This document shows, in pieces, positions 11,080-20,431 of a stretch of DNA of 64,000 bases. The DNA comes from an uncultured Verrucomicrobiae bacterium (GTDB lineage Bacteria > Verrucomicrobiota > Verrucomicrobiia > Chthoniobacterales > UBA10450): NCBI GenBank assembly GCA_963726745.1, contig CAVSDR010000006.1, positions 1 through 64,000 on the forward strand, read 5' to 3'. The position numbers and the translations under genes were made by a program. Each line of letters starts with the position of its first letter. The stretch's first letter is position 1. Under the pieces are notes generated by a model. It did no database searches, was not told the DNA's origin, and saw only the letters and a list, made by a program, of their open reading frames with translations.

Positions 11080-11931
11080 CTATTGGACGCCGGAAAAAGC
11101 CTCAACCACGAGGCGCGTTGCTTGGGCGATCACACGATCCTGCTGCTCTTTCGGCAGCCCGGGCATGTCGGTGTAGATCGCGAGGAAAATCGGGCCGCGT
11201 CCCGGCGGCTGGAGAATGGCGACATCGTTGACCACGCCGTCGCCGCTGCGGCCCGTCTTATCGCCCACCTTCCACTCCGCAGGAACGCCGGCGCGGATCA
11301 AGGAGTCGCCGGTCGTGTTCCCTTCCATCCAGGCGAGGAGCTGTGCGCGGCTCCCGGCAGACAGCACTTTGCCGGTGAAGAAATTTTGCAGATTTGCCAC
11401 CATGGCCGCGGCCGTGGTGGTGTCGCGCTCCTCGCCGGCGACGGCGCGATTCAGCTCCGGCTCAGCCCGGTCGGAACGCGTGGTCGTGTCGCCAACAGAG
11501 CGGAGAAAACGCGTCAAGCCTTCCGGTCCGCCGATGGTGGCCAGGAGGAGATTGGCCGCGGTGTTATCGCTCACTTGCATCGCGGCCGCGCACAAATCCG
11601 ACACGGTCATGCTGCCTTCGGCCACGTGGGCGCGGGTGACGGGCGCATATTCCAGGAGATCCTCCGGGCCGTAGGCGATCCGGCGGTCGGGTTTCTCCTG
11701 CCCTTGGTCGATCCGCTGAAGGACGGCGGCAGTCAGCGGAAGCTTGAAAGTGCTGCAAAAGCGGAAGCGCTCCTTCGGTTGGAAAGCGATGCTCTTGCCG
11801 CTGGCGGAATCGAGCGCGACCAAGCCCAGGCGCCCGCCGGTTTCGCGCGCGAGCGCGGCGATTTTCTCCTCACTGCCGGCGTGCGCGCTCGCGAGCGCGA
11901 GCAGAAGACAGCTGACTAAACGGAGAAGCAT
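11080..11931 (-). CDS. bla: Class A serine beta-lactamase
   Basis: Signal peptide; CSTFK (SxxK), SDN, EPELN (omega loop), DKTG, NDVA. Confidence 0.93.
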   Translation of the reverse strand: MLLRLVSCLLLALASAHAGSEEKIAALARETGGRLGLVALDSASGKSIAFQPKERFRFCSTFKLPLTAAVLQRIDQGQEKPDRRIAYGPEDLLEYAPVTRAHVAEGSMTVSDLCAAAMQVSDNTAANLLLATIGGPEGLTRFLRSVGDTTTRSDRAEPELNRAVAGEERDTTTAAAMVANLQNFFTGKVLSAGSRAQLLAWMEGNTTGDSLIRAGVPAEWKVGDKTGRSGDGVVNDVAILQPPGRGPIFLAIYTDMPGLPKEQQDRVIAQATRLVVEAFSGVQ

Positions 11932-11942
11932 GAAAGTGCTGG

Positions 11943-12629
11943 CTAAGGCCGGAACGGTCCCACGTCGTAGACCTCGAGCAAGGCCACGCCGGGAGTGGCC
12001 CCACCTTGAACGACAACCGAGTAGCGACCCGGCGGCAGGGTGATCACCATTCCCGCTTCGATATCGCGTGTCGGCGCAAGCTGGAGATCCAGCAACTCCT
12101 TGAGCGCGCCGTCGCGCCAGTTGTCGTTCGAGGCGAGCAGGCCGCTCGCGCCATAAAGATTTACCTTCGGATCGGCCAGCGGTTGGGACACGCCGGCGGC
12201 CGCAAGCGACGGGCCGAGCGCGCGCAGGGCCACGGTCTTGTGCGTGCTCCCGCCGATGATGAAGCCGGCGATGAGGACGTTCTCGCCCGTGCCGACAAAA
12301 CCGCGGGTGGAAATATTCAGGAGCGTCGAGGGACCCACGGTGTGCTGCAATTCCTCCGAGGGATCGCTCTCATCGCCGTCAAGAGTGTAGGCCTTGACCG
12401 TGAAATAGTAGGTGGTGCCGTCGACGCAATTCGGAATGTCGGCGGTGGTCAGCAGGCCGACATCAATCAGCCACGGATAGATCCCGCTGGCAGTGCCGTA
12501 GTAAACCCGGTAGCCCGCGAGCTTGGCCGCGGGTGAGGCATTCCAGGTGAGCGTGAGGGTGCGGGTGATCTTCTCGCCCGCGAGCGCCGGCAGCGCGGCC
12601 AGGAGCAACGCCGCGAGCAGCCCTACCAG
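11943..12629 (-). CDS. Secreted FN3-domain protein with 'NISTR' C-terminal domain; start uncertain
   Basis: Hydrophobic signal ending ALA-GE; LTWNAS...AGYRVYYG...TYYFTVKAY FN3; LLNISTRGFVGTGENVLIAGFII...ALLEVYD tail. Confidence 0.75.
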   Translation of the reverse strand: MVGLLAALLLAALPALAGEKITRTLTLTWNASPAAKLAGYRVYYGTASGIYPWLIDVGLLTTADIPNCVDGTTYYFTVKAYTLDGDESDPSEELQHTVGPSTLLNISTRGFVGTGENVLIAGFIIGGSTHKTVALRALGPSLAAAGVSQPLADPKVNLYGASGLLASNDNWRDGALKELLDLQLAPTRDIEAGMVITLPPGRYSVVVQGGATPGVALLEVYDVGPFRP

Positions 12630-13096
12630 CGATGAAACGCCGGATGCCCCTCGCGCACGGCGACGAAGGTGCCCCGGCAGGTCGCACAAACTTTTCCGCG
12701 CGCGCTCAGCGTGCCCTCGATCGTCGCGCGGTCGCCGGAGAGCTCCGCCAATTTCGCGGAGAGCTGCACCGGGCCGTCGGTCGGAGTGGGGCGAAGAAGC
12801 TTGATCGAATAGTCGGCGGTAACGGTGCAAGGGGGGTGCGTTTCGTGAGAAGCGCGCATTAGATGCCAGGCCGCCGTCCAGTTGCAATGACAATCCAGCA
12901 AGGTGCCGATGATGCCGCCATTGAGCACGCCCGGGAAGGCTTCGTAGCGCGGCGCCGGGGTCCACTCGGCCACGACCTCGTCGCCTTGCGCGAAGCTGCG
13001 AATGCGCAAGCCCTCGGCGTTCGCCGGACCGCAACCCCAACACGCATTCGCCGGGGCGTAGCGCTCCTGCAGCGATGGCGAGCCTTCGTCCGACAT
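12623..13096 (-). CDS. PaaI/hotdog-fold thioesterase
   Basis: CWGCGPANAEGL, GVLNGGIIGTLLDC, VTADYSIKLLRPTP. Confidence 0.85.
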   Translation of the reverse strand: MSDEGSPSLQERYAPANACWGCGPANAEGLRIRSFAQGDEVVAEWTPAPRYEAFPGVLNGGIIGTLLDCHCNWTAAWHLMRASHETHPPCTVTADYSIKLLRPTPTDGPVQLSAKLAELSGDRATIEGTLSARGKVCATCRGTFVAVREGHPAFHRW

Positions 13097-13104
13097 GGCG
13101 CGGC

Positions 13105-14238
13105 TTACTTCTGCGCGCTGCCCGGATACGGCCGCAGCTCCGGCCCGACATAGAGCGAACGCGGACGGATCAGGCGGTTGTGATCGTGCTGCTCGAGCAC
13201 GTGGGCACACCAGCCGGCGACGCGGGAGACCGCGAAGATCGGCGTGTTCAATTCCGACGGGAACCCGAACATGGTGAAGACCGGCGCCGCGTAGAGATCG
13301 ACGTTTGCGCAGAGACCTTTCTCGCGCTCCATCGTGGCCTCGAGCTTCTCGCAGATCGGCACCCAGTTTTCCTTGCCGATGCGCTGCCCGTAATCGCGCG
13401 CGATTTCCCGCATGATCGGCACGCGCGAGTCGCCCTTTTTGTAAACCCGATGGCCGAAGCCCATGATCTTCGCCTTCTTCGCGAGCGCCTCCATCATCCA
13501 GCCCTCGGCGCGTTCCGGCGTCTGGATATCATCCAGCATCTTCATGCTCTCTTCGTTCGCGCCGCCATGCAGCGGGCCCTTGAGCGTGCCGCAGGCGGAG
13601 GTGCAGGCGGCATACATGTCGGCCAGGGTCGAAGCGGTCACGCGCGCGGCGAAGGTCGAGGCGTTGAACTCGTGATCGGCGTAGAGGATGAAGATCGTGT
13701 CCAGCATCCGGATCTGCCAGGTCTCCGGCTTTTTGCCGGTGAGCTTGTAGAGGAAATTTCCCGCGTGCGTCAGGGTGTTGTCGTCGGCTAACGGCTCCTG
13801 GCCTTGCGAGATGCGCCAGCCATCGGTGATCAAGGTCGAGACGCGCGCGATCAGGCGGATCGACTTGCGCACATTCGCCTCGTGCGACTGGTCGTTCAGG
13901 TCGGGATCAAACGCGGCCAGCATCGAGACCCCAGTGCGCAGGGAATCCATCGGATGCATCCCCTTCGGGAGCAGGCGGAGCATCTCGAGCACCGGCTGGG
14001 GCAGAGCCCGCTCGGCGGCGATGGCGCGCCCGAAATCCATCAACTGCTGCGCGTTCGGCAGTTCGCCGTGGATCAGGAGATAGGCGACTTCCTCGAAGTT
14101 AGCTTTCTCGGCCATCTCGTGGATGTCGTAGCCGCGATAGGCCAGGCCGGCGTTCGGGTCGACCCAGCAGATGGAAGTTTCGCCGGCGACGACGCCTGCG
14201 AGGCCGGGGCTGTAAGCGGGTTTGGTCTCTGTGCTCAT
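13105..14238 (-). CDS. prpC: 2-methylcitrate/citrate synthase
   Basis: ADHEFNASTF, GPLHGGAN, MGFGHRVYK, NVDLY; in operon with prpB and prpD. Confidence 0.85.
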   Translation of the reverse strand: MSTETKPAYSPGLAGVVAGETSICWVDPNAGLAYRGYDIHEMAEKANFEEVAYLLIHGELPNAQQLMDFGRAIAAERALPQPVLEMLRLLPKGMHPMDSLRTGVSMLAAFDPDLNDQSHEANVRKSIRLIARVSTLITDGWRISQGQEPLADDNTLTHAGNFLYKLTGKKPETWQIRMLDTIFILYADHEFNASTFAARVTASTLADMYAACTSACGTLKGPLHGGANEESMKMLDDIQTPERAEGWMMEALAKKAKIMGFGHRVYKKGDSRVPIMREIARDYGQRIGKENWVPICEKLEATMEREKGLCANVDLYAAPVFTMFGFPSELNTPIFAVSRVAGWCAHVLEQHDHNRLIRPRSLYVGPELRPYPGSAQK

Positions 14239-14242
14239 AAGT

Positions 14243-15080
14243 TTATTTGCTCGGGTCGTATTCCAGCAGCTCGTAAAGTTCCTTCCGCGTTTGCATCCGG
14301 TCGAGCCAGCTCTCCTGCGTCCCCTGCTCCTTTAAATCAGCCAGCATTTTGCCGGCGGCAAACATGGAAACGCGGAAAGCGGTCTGCGGATAGATGACCA
14401 TCTTGTAGCCAAAATCGCGCGAGCTGGTCTAACGAGAGCAGCGGGCTCTTGCCAAACTCGGTCATGTTCGCCAGCAGCGGCACCTTCACCAGCTCGGCGA
14501 AACGGCGAAATTCGTCCTCGCCCTGGAGCGCCTCCGGGAAGATCGCGTCGGCTCCGGCCGTCACGTAGCTCTGCGCCCGCTCCACCGCCTGGTCGAAGCT
14601 CTCGACCGCGCGCGCATCGGTCCGCGCGATCAGGAGAAAATCCGGGTCGCGTTTCGCGGCCGCGGCCGCGGCGATCTTCTCGTTCATCTCCTCGAGGCTC
14701 ACGAGCGTTTTGCCAGCGAGATGGCCGCAACGCTTGGGAAATTCCTGGTCCTCGATGTGGCACCCGGCCAGCCCCGCCTTCTCAAATTCCTCGATCGTGC
14801 GCGCCGCGTTCTCCGGTCCGCCGAAGCCGGTATCGGCATCGACGATGCACGGAATGCCGACGGCGCGGGCGACGTAGCCGGCGAGCAGCGTCACTTCCGT
14901 AAGCGTGAGCAAGCCGACATCCGGCACCCCGGCGGTGGCGTTGCACAAGCCGGCGCCGCTGATGTAGAGCGCGTCGAATCCGGCGCGCTCCACCATCCGG
15001 CCCATGGCGGCGTTAAACACGCCCGGCATCGGCACGCAGCCGGCGGCCAGGAGTTCGCGGAGTCGCTTCGCGGGTCTCAT
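14243..15080 (-). CDS. prpB: Methylisocitrate lyase; frameshifts in 3' part, ends ...YDPSK*
   Basis: DADTGFG, KRCGH, ARTDA, LANMTEFGKSP. Confidence 0.88.
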
Positions 15081-15091
15081 TGCCAGCGAAA

Positions 15092-16486
15092 TTACGCCGG
15101 CAGCACGAGCGCCTTCATCAGCTCGGCGACGTTCTGCGCCTCATCGAGCTTCCAGGAAAGCGCGACCACGCGCTCGGCATTTTGCTGGCCGATCTTCGCC
15201 GTCGCGAGGCTGTAGAACTTATCCTCCACGCCCTTGTCCGGCAGCCGGTTCTTCGCGTTGCCTAACGGGTAATCGACGCGCTTGGTCAGCGTCTGGCCGT
15301 CCGCCAGCGTGATGTGGACGATGTTCGCGACCGCCTCCGCGTAGAGCGCGCTCAACTCATCGTTCCGCTTCACTTCCACCTTCTGGAGGAAGTCGACGAT
15401 CTTCGGCTCCGTGAAACGCTCGGGCGCAAACTGCTTGTCGGTCACTTCGCCGTCGATCAAGGCCACGGCGGTGATGTAGGGCAGGCTGTGATCGGCGGTT
15501 TCGCGCTGTTGCGGTTTCCACTTTTCCGGCTCGCTCCCGATGATGTCGACCGAGGCGTCGTGCGACTCGATCACCATCGATTTCACCTGCGAAAGGTCCT
15601 TGATCTCCTTGCGCAGGAAGAGCGCCGCCTCGATCGCGCTCTGCGAGTGGTACTCCGCGGGCCAGAACTTGATGCTTGTTTTCAAGATCATCGACGCCGG
15701 GCCTTCGCCCGCCATCGCTTCCTTGGTTTTGTCGAAGACCTCGCGGACGTTGCCTAACGAGACGCCCAGCTCCTTCTCGAAACCCATCGCGCCCTCGAAA
15801 ATCGGCGCCGGCCCGGTCATGCCCGCGCGCGCCAGGAGCGCCGCATAGACGCCGAGACGCGAGGCGTTGGCAAAGGCCACGCCCTTCCAGTGCGAAAGCT
15901 CGCCCACCCGCGCCTGGCGAAAAGCGGCGCAATGCACGCCCGCGATGTTGATCGCGTGCCGCGTCTTTTCCGGGTCGAGCTTCATCAACTTCGCGCACGC
16001 CAGCGCCGTCGAGAAGGCGCCGTAGGTCGGGTGATCCCAGCCCTTCGCGCGAATGCTTGCGGCGTCGCACAAACGGCATTGCACCTCGTAGGCGATCGCG
16101 GTCGCGGTGATGATCTCCCGGCCCGTCGCGCCCACGCTTTCCGCCACCGCGAGCACGGCCGCGAAGTTGTCGCTCGGATGCGCCGGCTCCTTCGAGAGGT
16201 AGGTGTCGTTGTAGTCGAAATAACGAATCTGGCAGCCATTGGCGAACGCGGCCCAATCCGGCGGCGCCTTGTGATTCGTCCCGAAAATCGTGGCCCCATT
16301 CGTGGCCGAGAAATCGGAGGCCACCGTGCGCGCGATCGTCGCCGGCTCCTCGTGCCACGCGCCCAGGGCGCAGCCGAGCGAGTCAATCAGCCGCCGCTTC
16401 ACCTCATGGACGACGTTTTGTGAAAGATCCTCGAACTGCAGCGAGCAGCCGAACTGGGCGAGTTGGTGAGCGAGAGTATTGGCCAT
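15092..16486 (-). CDS. prpD: 2-methylcitrate dehydratase (MmgE/PrpD family)
   Basis: RYFDYNDT, HPSDN, SHWKG, EYHSQSA, TADHSLPY; start MANTLAHQ. Confidence 0.9.
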   Translation of the reverse strand: MANTLAHQLAQFGCSLQFEDLSQNVVHEVKRRLIDSLGCALGAWHEEPATIARTVASDFSATNGATIFGTNHKAPPDWAAFANGCQIRYFDYNDTYLSKEPAHPSDNFAAVLAVAESVGATGREIITATAIAYEVQCRLCDAASIRAKGWDHPTYGAFSTALACAKLMKLDPEKTRHAINIAGVHCAAFRQARVGELSHWKGVAFANASRLGVYAALLARAGMTGPAPIFEGAMGFEKELGVSLGNVREVFDKTKEAMAGEGPASMILKTSIKFWPAEYHSQSAIEAALFLRKEIKDLSQVKSMVIESHDASVDIIGSEPEKWKPQQRETADHSLPYITAVALIDGEVTDKQFAPERFTEPKIVDFLQKVEVKRNDELSALYAEAVANIVHITLADGQTLTKRVDYPLGNAKNRLPDKGVEDKFYSLATAKIGQQNAERVVALSWKLDEAQNVAELMKALVLPA

Positions 16487-16660
16487 AAAGTGAGCCTGCA
16501 AGGTGGCGAGAAACCGCCAGGCGGCAAGCAGATGGCGGCGAGCTTGCCGGTCCCGGGCACACGCGCACAAAGGCGCAGCCTGGCGCAAGCTCTCTCCGAC
16601 GCCCACTTCCCCGGGACGGATTGCAGACAGCCCTCCCGTCCACTGCCACCGGATCAAAGG

Positions 16661-16864
16661 GAGGAGGATTTGGAAACCAGGAAACCAGAAAGCTGCAGCA
16701 GTAATCGGCAAAGCCGAATTTCTGGCTTCCTGGCTTTTAAATTTAAACTCCGCTAAGAGGAAGCCTCTACCTGCGCAAAGAGAAGGAGTGAATTTGAAAA
16801 CCAGAAACAGAGGAAGCAGCAGTAACCGGCGAAGCCGAATTTCTGGCTTCCTGGTTTCTAAATT
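16661..16864. repeat. Two tandem REPIN-like hairpin units of the same family as 2937..3486
   Basis: TTTGGAAACCAGGAAACCAGAAAG-(CGGCAAAGCCG loop)-TTTCTGGCTTCCTGG; repeated at ~16661 and ~16782. Confidence 0.88.
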
Positions 16865-16895
16865 GTTAAATCCCCTCTGAGGGTGAACCTGCCGG

Positions 16896-17144
16896 CTAAG
16901 AGTAACCGGCGGTCGCGTGGTGCAGCAGTCCCTGCTCCCGTAGCTTATTGATCGCTTCCACCCGGTTCCCCACCTCCAGCTTGCGATAGCCACTCGCCAG
17001 GTGCTTCTTCACCGTCTCTTCGCTCCGGCCAATGATCACCGCCGTCTCGCCGCGCGTCTTCCCTTCTGCGATCCAGAAGAAGACCTGCTGCTCACAAGGA
17101 GTCAGCAATCCGGAGGTATGCGGGGCCGCCGATTTCGCAGGCAT
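16896..17144 (-). CDS. Stand-alone LuxR/GerE-type HTH regulator (82 aa)
   Basis: LTPCEQQVFFWIAEGKTRGETAVIIGRSEETVKKHLASGYRKLEVGNR fits the LuxR HTH pattern. Confidence 0.88.
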   Translation of the reverse strand: MPAKSAAPHTSGLLTPCEQQVFFWIAEGKTRGETAVIIGRSEETVKKHLASGYRKLEVGNRVEAINKLREQGLLHHATAGYS

Positions 17145-17339
17145 AAGTCTCTCTCTCGTTAACTACGGAAAACGGCGCAGGAAAGTTCGCGTCTTTTCGC
17201 GGGCGCCCTCCATCAGGCACGGCACCGGGCCTTGGCTAGACCTAGCTCCGCCGTGTGCCCGCACCGCCCGCCCGCCTTGGGAGACCGGCCCGGGATTGCT
17301 GCCGGGCCGGCCCCAGGCGCCGGGGAATCGACTCGCCGC

Positions 17340-17954
17340 TTAGACCGCGATCTTCGTCACCGGCTCGCTCCAGTCGCTCTGGCCGGTGCTGCCACCCAGC
17401 CCGATGAGCTGGAAGAGATACGTCGAACCCGCGACGAGGCTGTCGAACAGGATCTTGCGCGAGCTTTGGAAGGTGATCACCGGGCCCCACTCACCCCCCT
17501 GCACTTTGCAACGGCCCTGGATGGCGCGCCGGTTCGGGTCGCCCTGCACCCGCAGCTTCACTTCGCCGGTCTGCCCGTACTCTGTGCCCACGATCACCGG
17601 CGCATTCAGCACCGACTGCGTGCGGTTCGTGTTTACCGGTTCATACCCGGAGCTGAGGAGGACCGTCAGGTCATCATCGCACTGGATGTCCACGTAGCTG
17701 GCATTCTTATCCAGCGCCGCGGCCAGCGTGGCCCGGGCCGCATCCTTCATTGCGGTCGCCAGCGTGCCACCTTTGTAGGCGGCGATCATCGCCTGGTCGA
17801 AAGCCTGCTTCATCGCCTGCACCGCCGTCGGCGCCACCGGAGGATCCGACAGTTTTGGGTTATTCGTCAGACCGACACTCGTCTTACCGGCGAATTTACT
17901 GAGTTCGAGATCGGAGGATTTATTGTAAATCCTGCTGGTTCGTATGGAAGGCAT
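17340..17954 (-). CDS. Uncharacterised helical+FN3-like protein, paralogue of 2205..2825 (alternative GTG start 17966)
   Basis: Shares SD.EL, T.N, A..GG..TA.K.A.RA.L, ASY, DL..LLSS and L..G..Y...G.SDWS with 2205..2825. Confidence 0.8.
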   Translation of the reverse strand: MPSIRTSRIYNKSSDLELSKFAGKTSVGLTNNPKLSDPPVAPTAVQAMKQAFDQAMIAAYKGGTLATAMKDAARATLAAALDKNASYVDIQCDDDLTVLLSSGYEPVNTNRTQSVLNAPVIVGTEYGQTGEVKLRVQGDPNRRAIQGRCKVQGGEWGPVITFQSSRKILFDSLVAGSTYLFQLIGLGGSTGQSDWSEPVTKIAV

Positions 17955-18084
17955 CTGATGCCTCACTTTCTAAGCCGGCGGTTTTTTGCCGGCATACACT
18001 AGGTTTTGGGCGGAACACCCGACCGCACTCGCGTTCAACGCGTCCGCTTTCGCCTAGGGTATTGAGCAACGCCGATGCCCAGCC

Positions 18085-18106
18085 GTATTACCCGTTCGGG
18101 TAATAC
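18085..18106. promoter_or_regulatory. Perfect 10-2-10 inverted repeat, candidate operator upstream of the FN3-like/luxR unit
   Basis: GTATTACCCG-TT-CGGGTAATAC. Confidence 0.5.
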
Positions 18107-18145
18107 CGGCAGATTTTTCGAGCCGCAGAAAACAGCCGGCAAAAT

Positions 18146-18276
18146 GGAATCAGGAAGGCAGGAAAGGAGGAGTGAATTTGGAAACCAGGGAACCAGAAAA
18201 GCTGCGGAGCCGCCACCAAAGGTCCGGCACGCGACCGAAGACCGTCCGCTCCCTTTCTGGTTTCCTGGCTTCCAAA
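18146..18276. repeat. REPIN-like hairpin unit, same family as 2937..3486
   Basis: GAATCAGGAAGGCAGGAAAGGAGGAGTGAATTTGGAAACCAGGGAACCAGAAA...TTTCTGGTTTCCTGGCTTCCAAAT. Confidence 0.88.
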
Positions 18277-18389
18277 TAATTCCCTCTTCCGAGCTCCCTG
18301 CGACCTAAGTCCTTCACTCCCGGAGGCAAGCGCCTCGCACCCCAGCCGAAAAGCCGGGGGATATCCCCGGCGACCGCGACCGGAACGCT

Positions 18390-18641
18390 CTCGCAAAAAA
18401 CCGCATCTGGCCGCGATCCAATTGGATCGTGGCCCGATCCAGTTAGATCCCACCGCGCCCCCACCACATCCCCGCCGGCGGAAACCGCGGCCCCGCCGCA
18501 CCCAACGAATCGCGGCCACGTTCCCATGGGATCAGGTCGTTAGCTCCCCTCCCCACAGCCGCTTCCGCCCCGATCTCCCCGCCCTCCATCCAGCGCCGAA
18601 CTGCCCGAGGCCAGATGCTCTTCTCCATCAGCCGCATCCCG
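18390..18641 (-). repeat. Degenerate 21-bp-period tandem array (~12 units)
   Basis: (C/G)ATC recurs in phase at 18404, 18425, 18446, 18467, 18530, 18572, 18635 (GATG at 18614); units at 18411 and 18432 are visibly similar. Confidence 0.65.
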
Positions 18642-18661
18642 ACCCGACCCGACCCGACCCG
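18638..18661 (+). repeat. (CCCGA)n microsatellite, ~4.8 copies
   Basis: CCCGACCCGACCCGACCCGACCCG at the junction with the thiolase remnant. Confidence 0.85.
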
Positions 18662-18673
18662 CAGCGACTCCTC

Positions 18674-18993
18674 GACGGCGCGGCGGCCTTGCTCATCGTT
18701 GAAGCCGGGCTGTCCAAATCGCTCGGTCTTCAGCCGATCGCCTTCATCGGAGCGGGCGCCGAGGCCGGCGTCGATCCCGCGTTCATGGGGCTCGCCTGCC
18801 AGCGCGAGCTGGGCATCCCAAATTGAACGTCAACGGCGGCGCGATTGCGATCGGTCACCCGCTTGGTTGCAGCGGCGCCCGCCTGGCCACGACGCTGATC
18901 CACCAGATGGCTCGCACCGGCGCCTCGCGCGGCATCGCGTCGCTCTGCGTCGGGGTAGGACAAGGCTTGGCGACGGTCTTCGAACGGGAGTGA
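18674..18993 (+). pseudogene. Thiolase (acetyl-CoA acyltransferase) 3' remnant with an internal deletion
   Basis: DGAAALLIV...[10 protein letters not shown] joined almost directly to [20 protein letters not shown]...[10 protein letters not shown]-terminus and NEAF region missing. Confidence 0.85.
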
Positions 18994-19203
18994 GTTTGCT
19001 TCTCGCAGGATTATTATTGCTTGGCATTTGGCGCCCTTGCGTATAGAACGTGTTGCTGTGAAGGTCGAATACCATTGGACGTGCTGAAGCCAAGCCCGCA
19101 AGAACTTCGATCGGCGCGGTGTTCGAAATTGAGCCGAGCAGATCTTGCCGCCCCTCGCACCGTTAGGATCTTGCGGCTAGTCTTGTCGAGCGAGGGACAT
19201 TAG

Positions 19204-19821
19204 ATGCCCATCAAACTTCCAGATTTGAATCGAACCGGAGGTCGCCGGTTGATCGCTTGTGGCCACGTTGTGGAAACTACCGCATCACTGAATGAATGGC
19301 TTGGGCAGCCGCGGAACTTGGTTTGTGCTTATTCGGTGGGCGGTCGTCGCTACTATGCACGCCTCATGACCGGCCCTCCAAAGCGGCACTTCCATTTGGA
19401 AGTCCTGTCGGCCGACGTGGCCTCGAATCCTCCGAAGTCGCTCTTGGTCACCAGAAAGCAGCTAAATGATGCTACTGACAAGGTTTTAGGGCAGGAAATA
19501 AATGTTACTACCCGCTGTTTTTTCGTTACCCAACCGGAGTCGCTTTCACCAACAGCCGTTATCCGTACGTTGTTGGAGGAGCGAACCGCGGCAGGCGTTT
19601 CAATGAAGTTAACCTCTGGGACCTTGGCTTTGAAGGGATCCCCGATAAGTCAGGTTGAGTGGGATTTACTTGACGAAGCTTCGAGTAGTCTCCAAATCGG
19701 CCTAGTAACTAAGTGGAATGTTAAAATTGCCGAAGACTATCTTGATAAAGCGTTAGACTTTATGCGGTCCCTTTTTGAGACCTTTATCATAACTCAGGAG
19801 CAGATAGGAAATGCCCGCTAG
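19204..19821 (+). CDS. Hypothetical protein (205 aa), first gene of a lower-GC three-gene module
   Basis: Intact ORF with GAGG before ATG; AT-richer codon use than flanks. Confidence 0.65.
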   Translation: MPIKLPDLNRTGGRRLIACGHVVETTASLNEWLGQPRNLVCAYSVGGRRYYARLMTGPPKRHFHLEVLSADVASNPPKSLLVTRKQLNDATDKVLGQEINVTTRCFFVTQPESLSPTAVIRTLLEERTAAGVSMKLTSGTLALKGSPISQVEWDLLDEASSSLQIGLVTKWNVKIAEDYLDKALDFMRSLFETFIITQEQIGNAR

Positions 19822-19950
19822 GCACCAAGCAACCAGCCATCGACTAAGATTACGCGAAAGCGGAGACATGAACGCGCTATTCGCCCATTCTGGGCGAGAT
19901 AGGTTTTGGCTTAATCCCAAGATCTCCCCGCTGACACGCATTTTGAAAAT

Positions 19951-20430
19951 ATGGCTTCGGTTTGCGGCTATCACTCTTTAGCGCCCACGTTTGTTAAAGC
20001 GATTGATACCGGGCAACTCGTCGCAACGATCCATGCGGCGCTTGCCGGATATGCAAAAGAGTTGAGCGACCTGATAGAACATAGGTGGCAGACAACGTTG
20101 ATCGACAAGGCGCTATTAGATGTACGTCTACGTTTGGAGCGAATCGAAGCCCACCAAGCGACAGTCGTCCCGATTCAGTCTTTAGCTCCGGAGGCATTTG
20201 AGGTTGTGAAGCCGATTTATGTCGTTTTAGAGCCGTCGACTGACGAGTTTGTTGCTTCCTTTCATGACGCAAATATTTCTGCAAGCGGTGAGACTCAAGA
20301 CGACGCCTTGACTAATCTGAAATCGATGATCGTAGCAGCTTTTGAATTACTCGAATCAGAAGAGAACTTGGGAGCGGCAATGAAGAGGCAGAAGGCGGTT
20401 TTATCCGAGGCTATTCGTCCGGTCCGCTAA
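19951..20430 (+). CDS. HicB-like antitoxin-fold protein (true start may be 19811 with a frameshift)
   Basis: C-terminal FVASFHDANISASGETQDDALTNLK resembles the HicB RNase H-like G.T.EEA..N motif. Confidence 0.55.
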   Translation: MASVCGYHSLAPTFVKAIDTGQLVATIHAALAGYAKELSDLIEHRWQTTLIDKALLDVRLRLERIEAHQATVVPIQSLAPEAFEVVKPIYVVLEPSTDEFVASFHDANISASGETQDDALTNLKSMIVAAFELLESEENLGAAMKRQKAVLSEAIRPVR

Positions 20431-20431
20431 C

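Noticed and set aside
16487..16993. N-terminal extension of PrpD in the 633-aa ORF call
   Set aside because: It runs through REPIN repeats and overlaps luxR; family similarity starts at MANTL (16486)
2033..17172. Shared TACGGAAAA at 2033 and 17164 as a common regulator site
   Set aside because: Only a 9-mer, not palindromic, and in different positions relative to the genes; too weak
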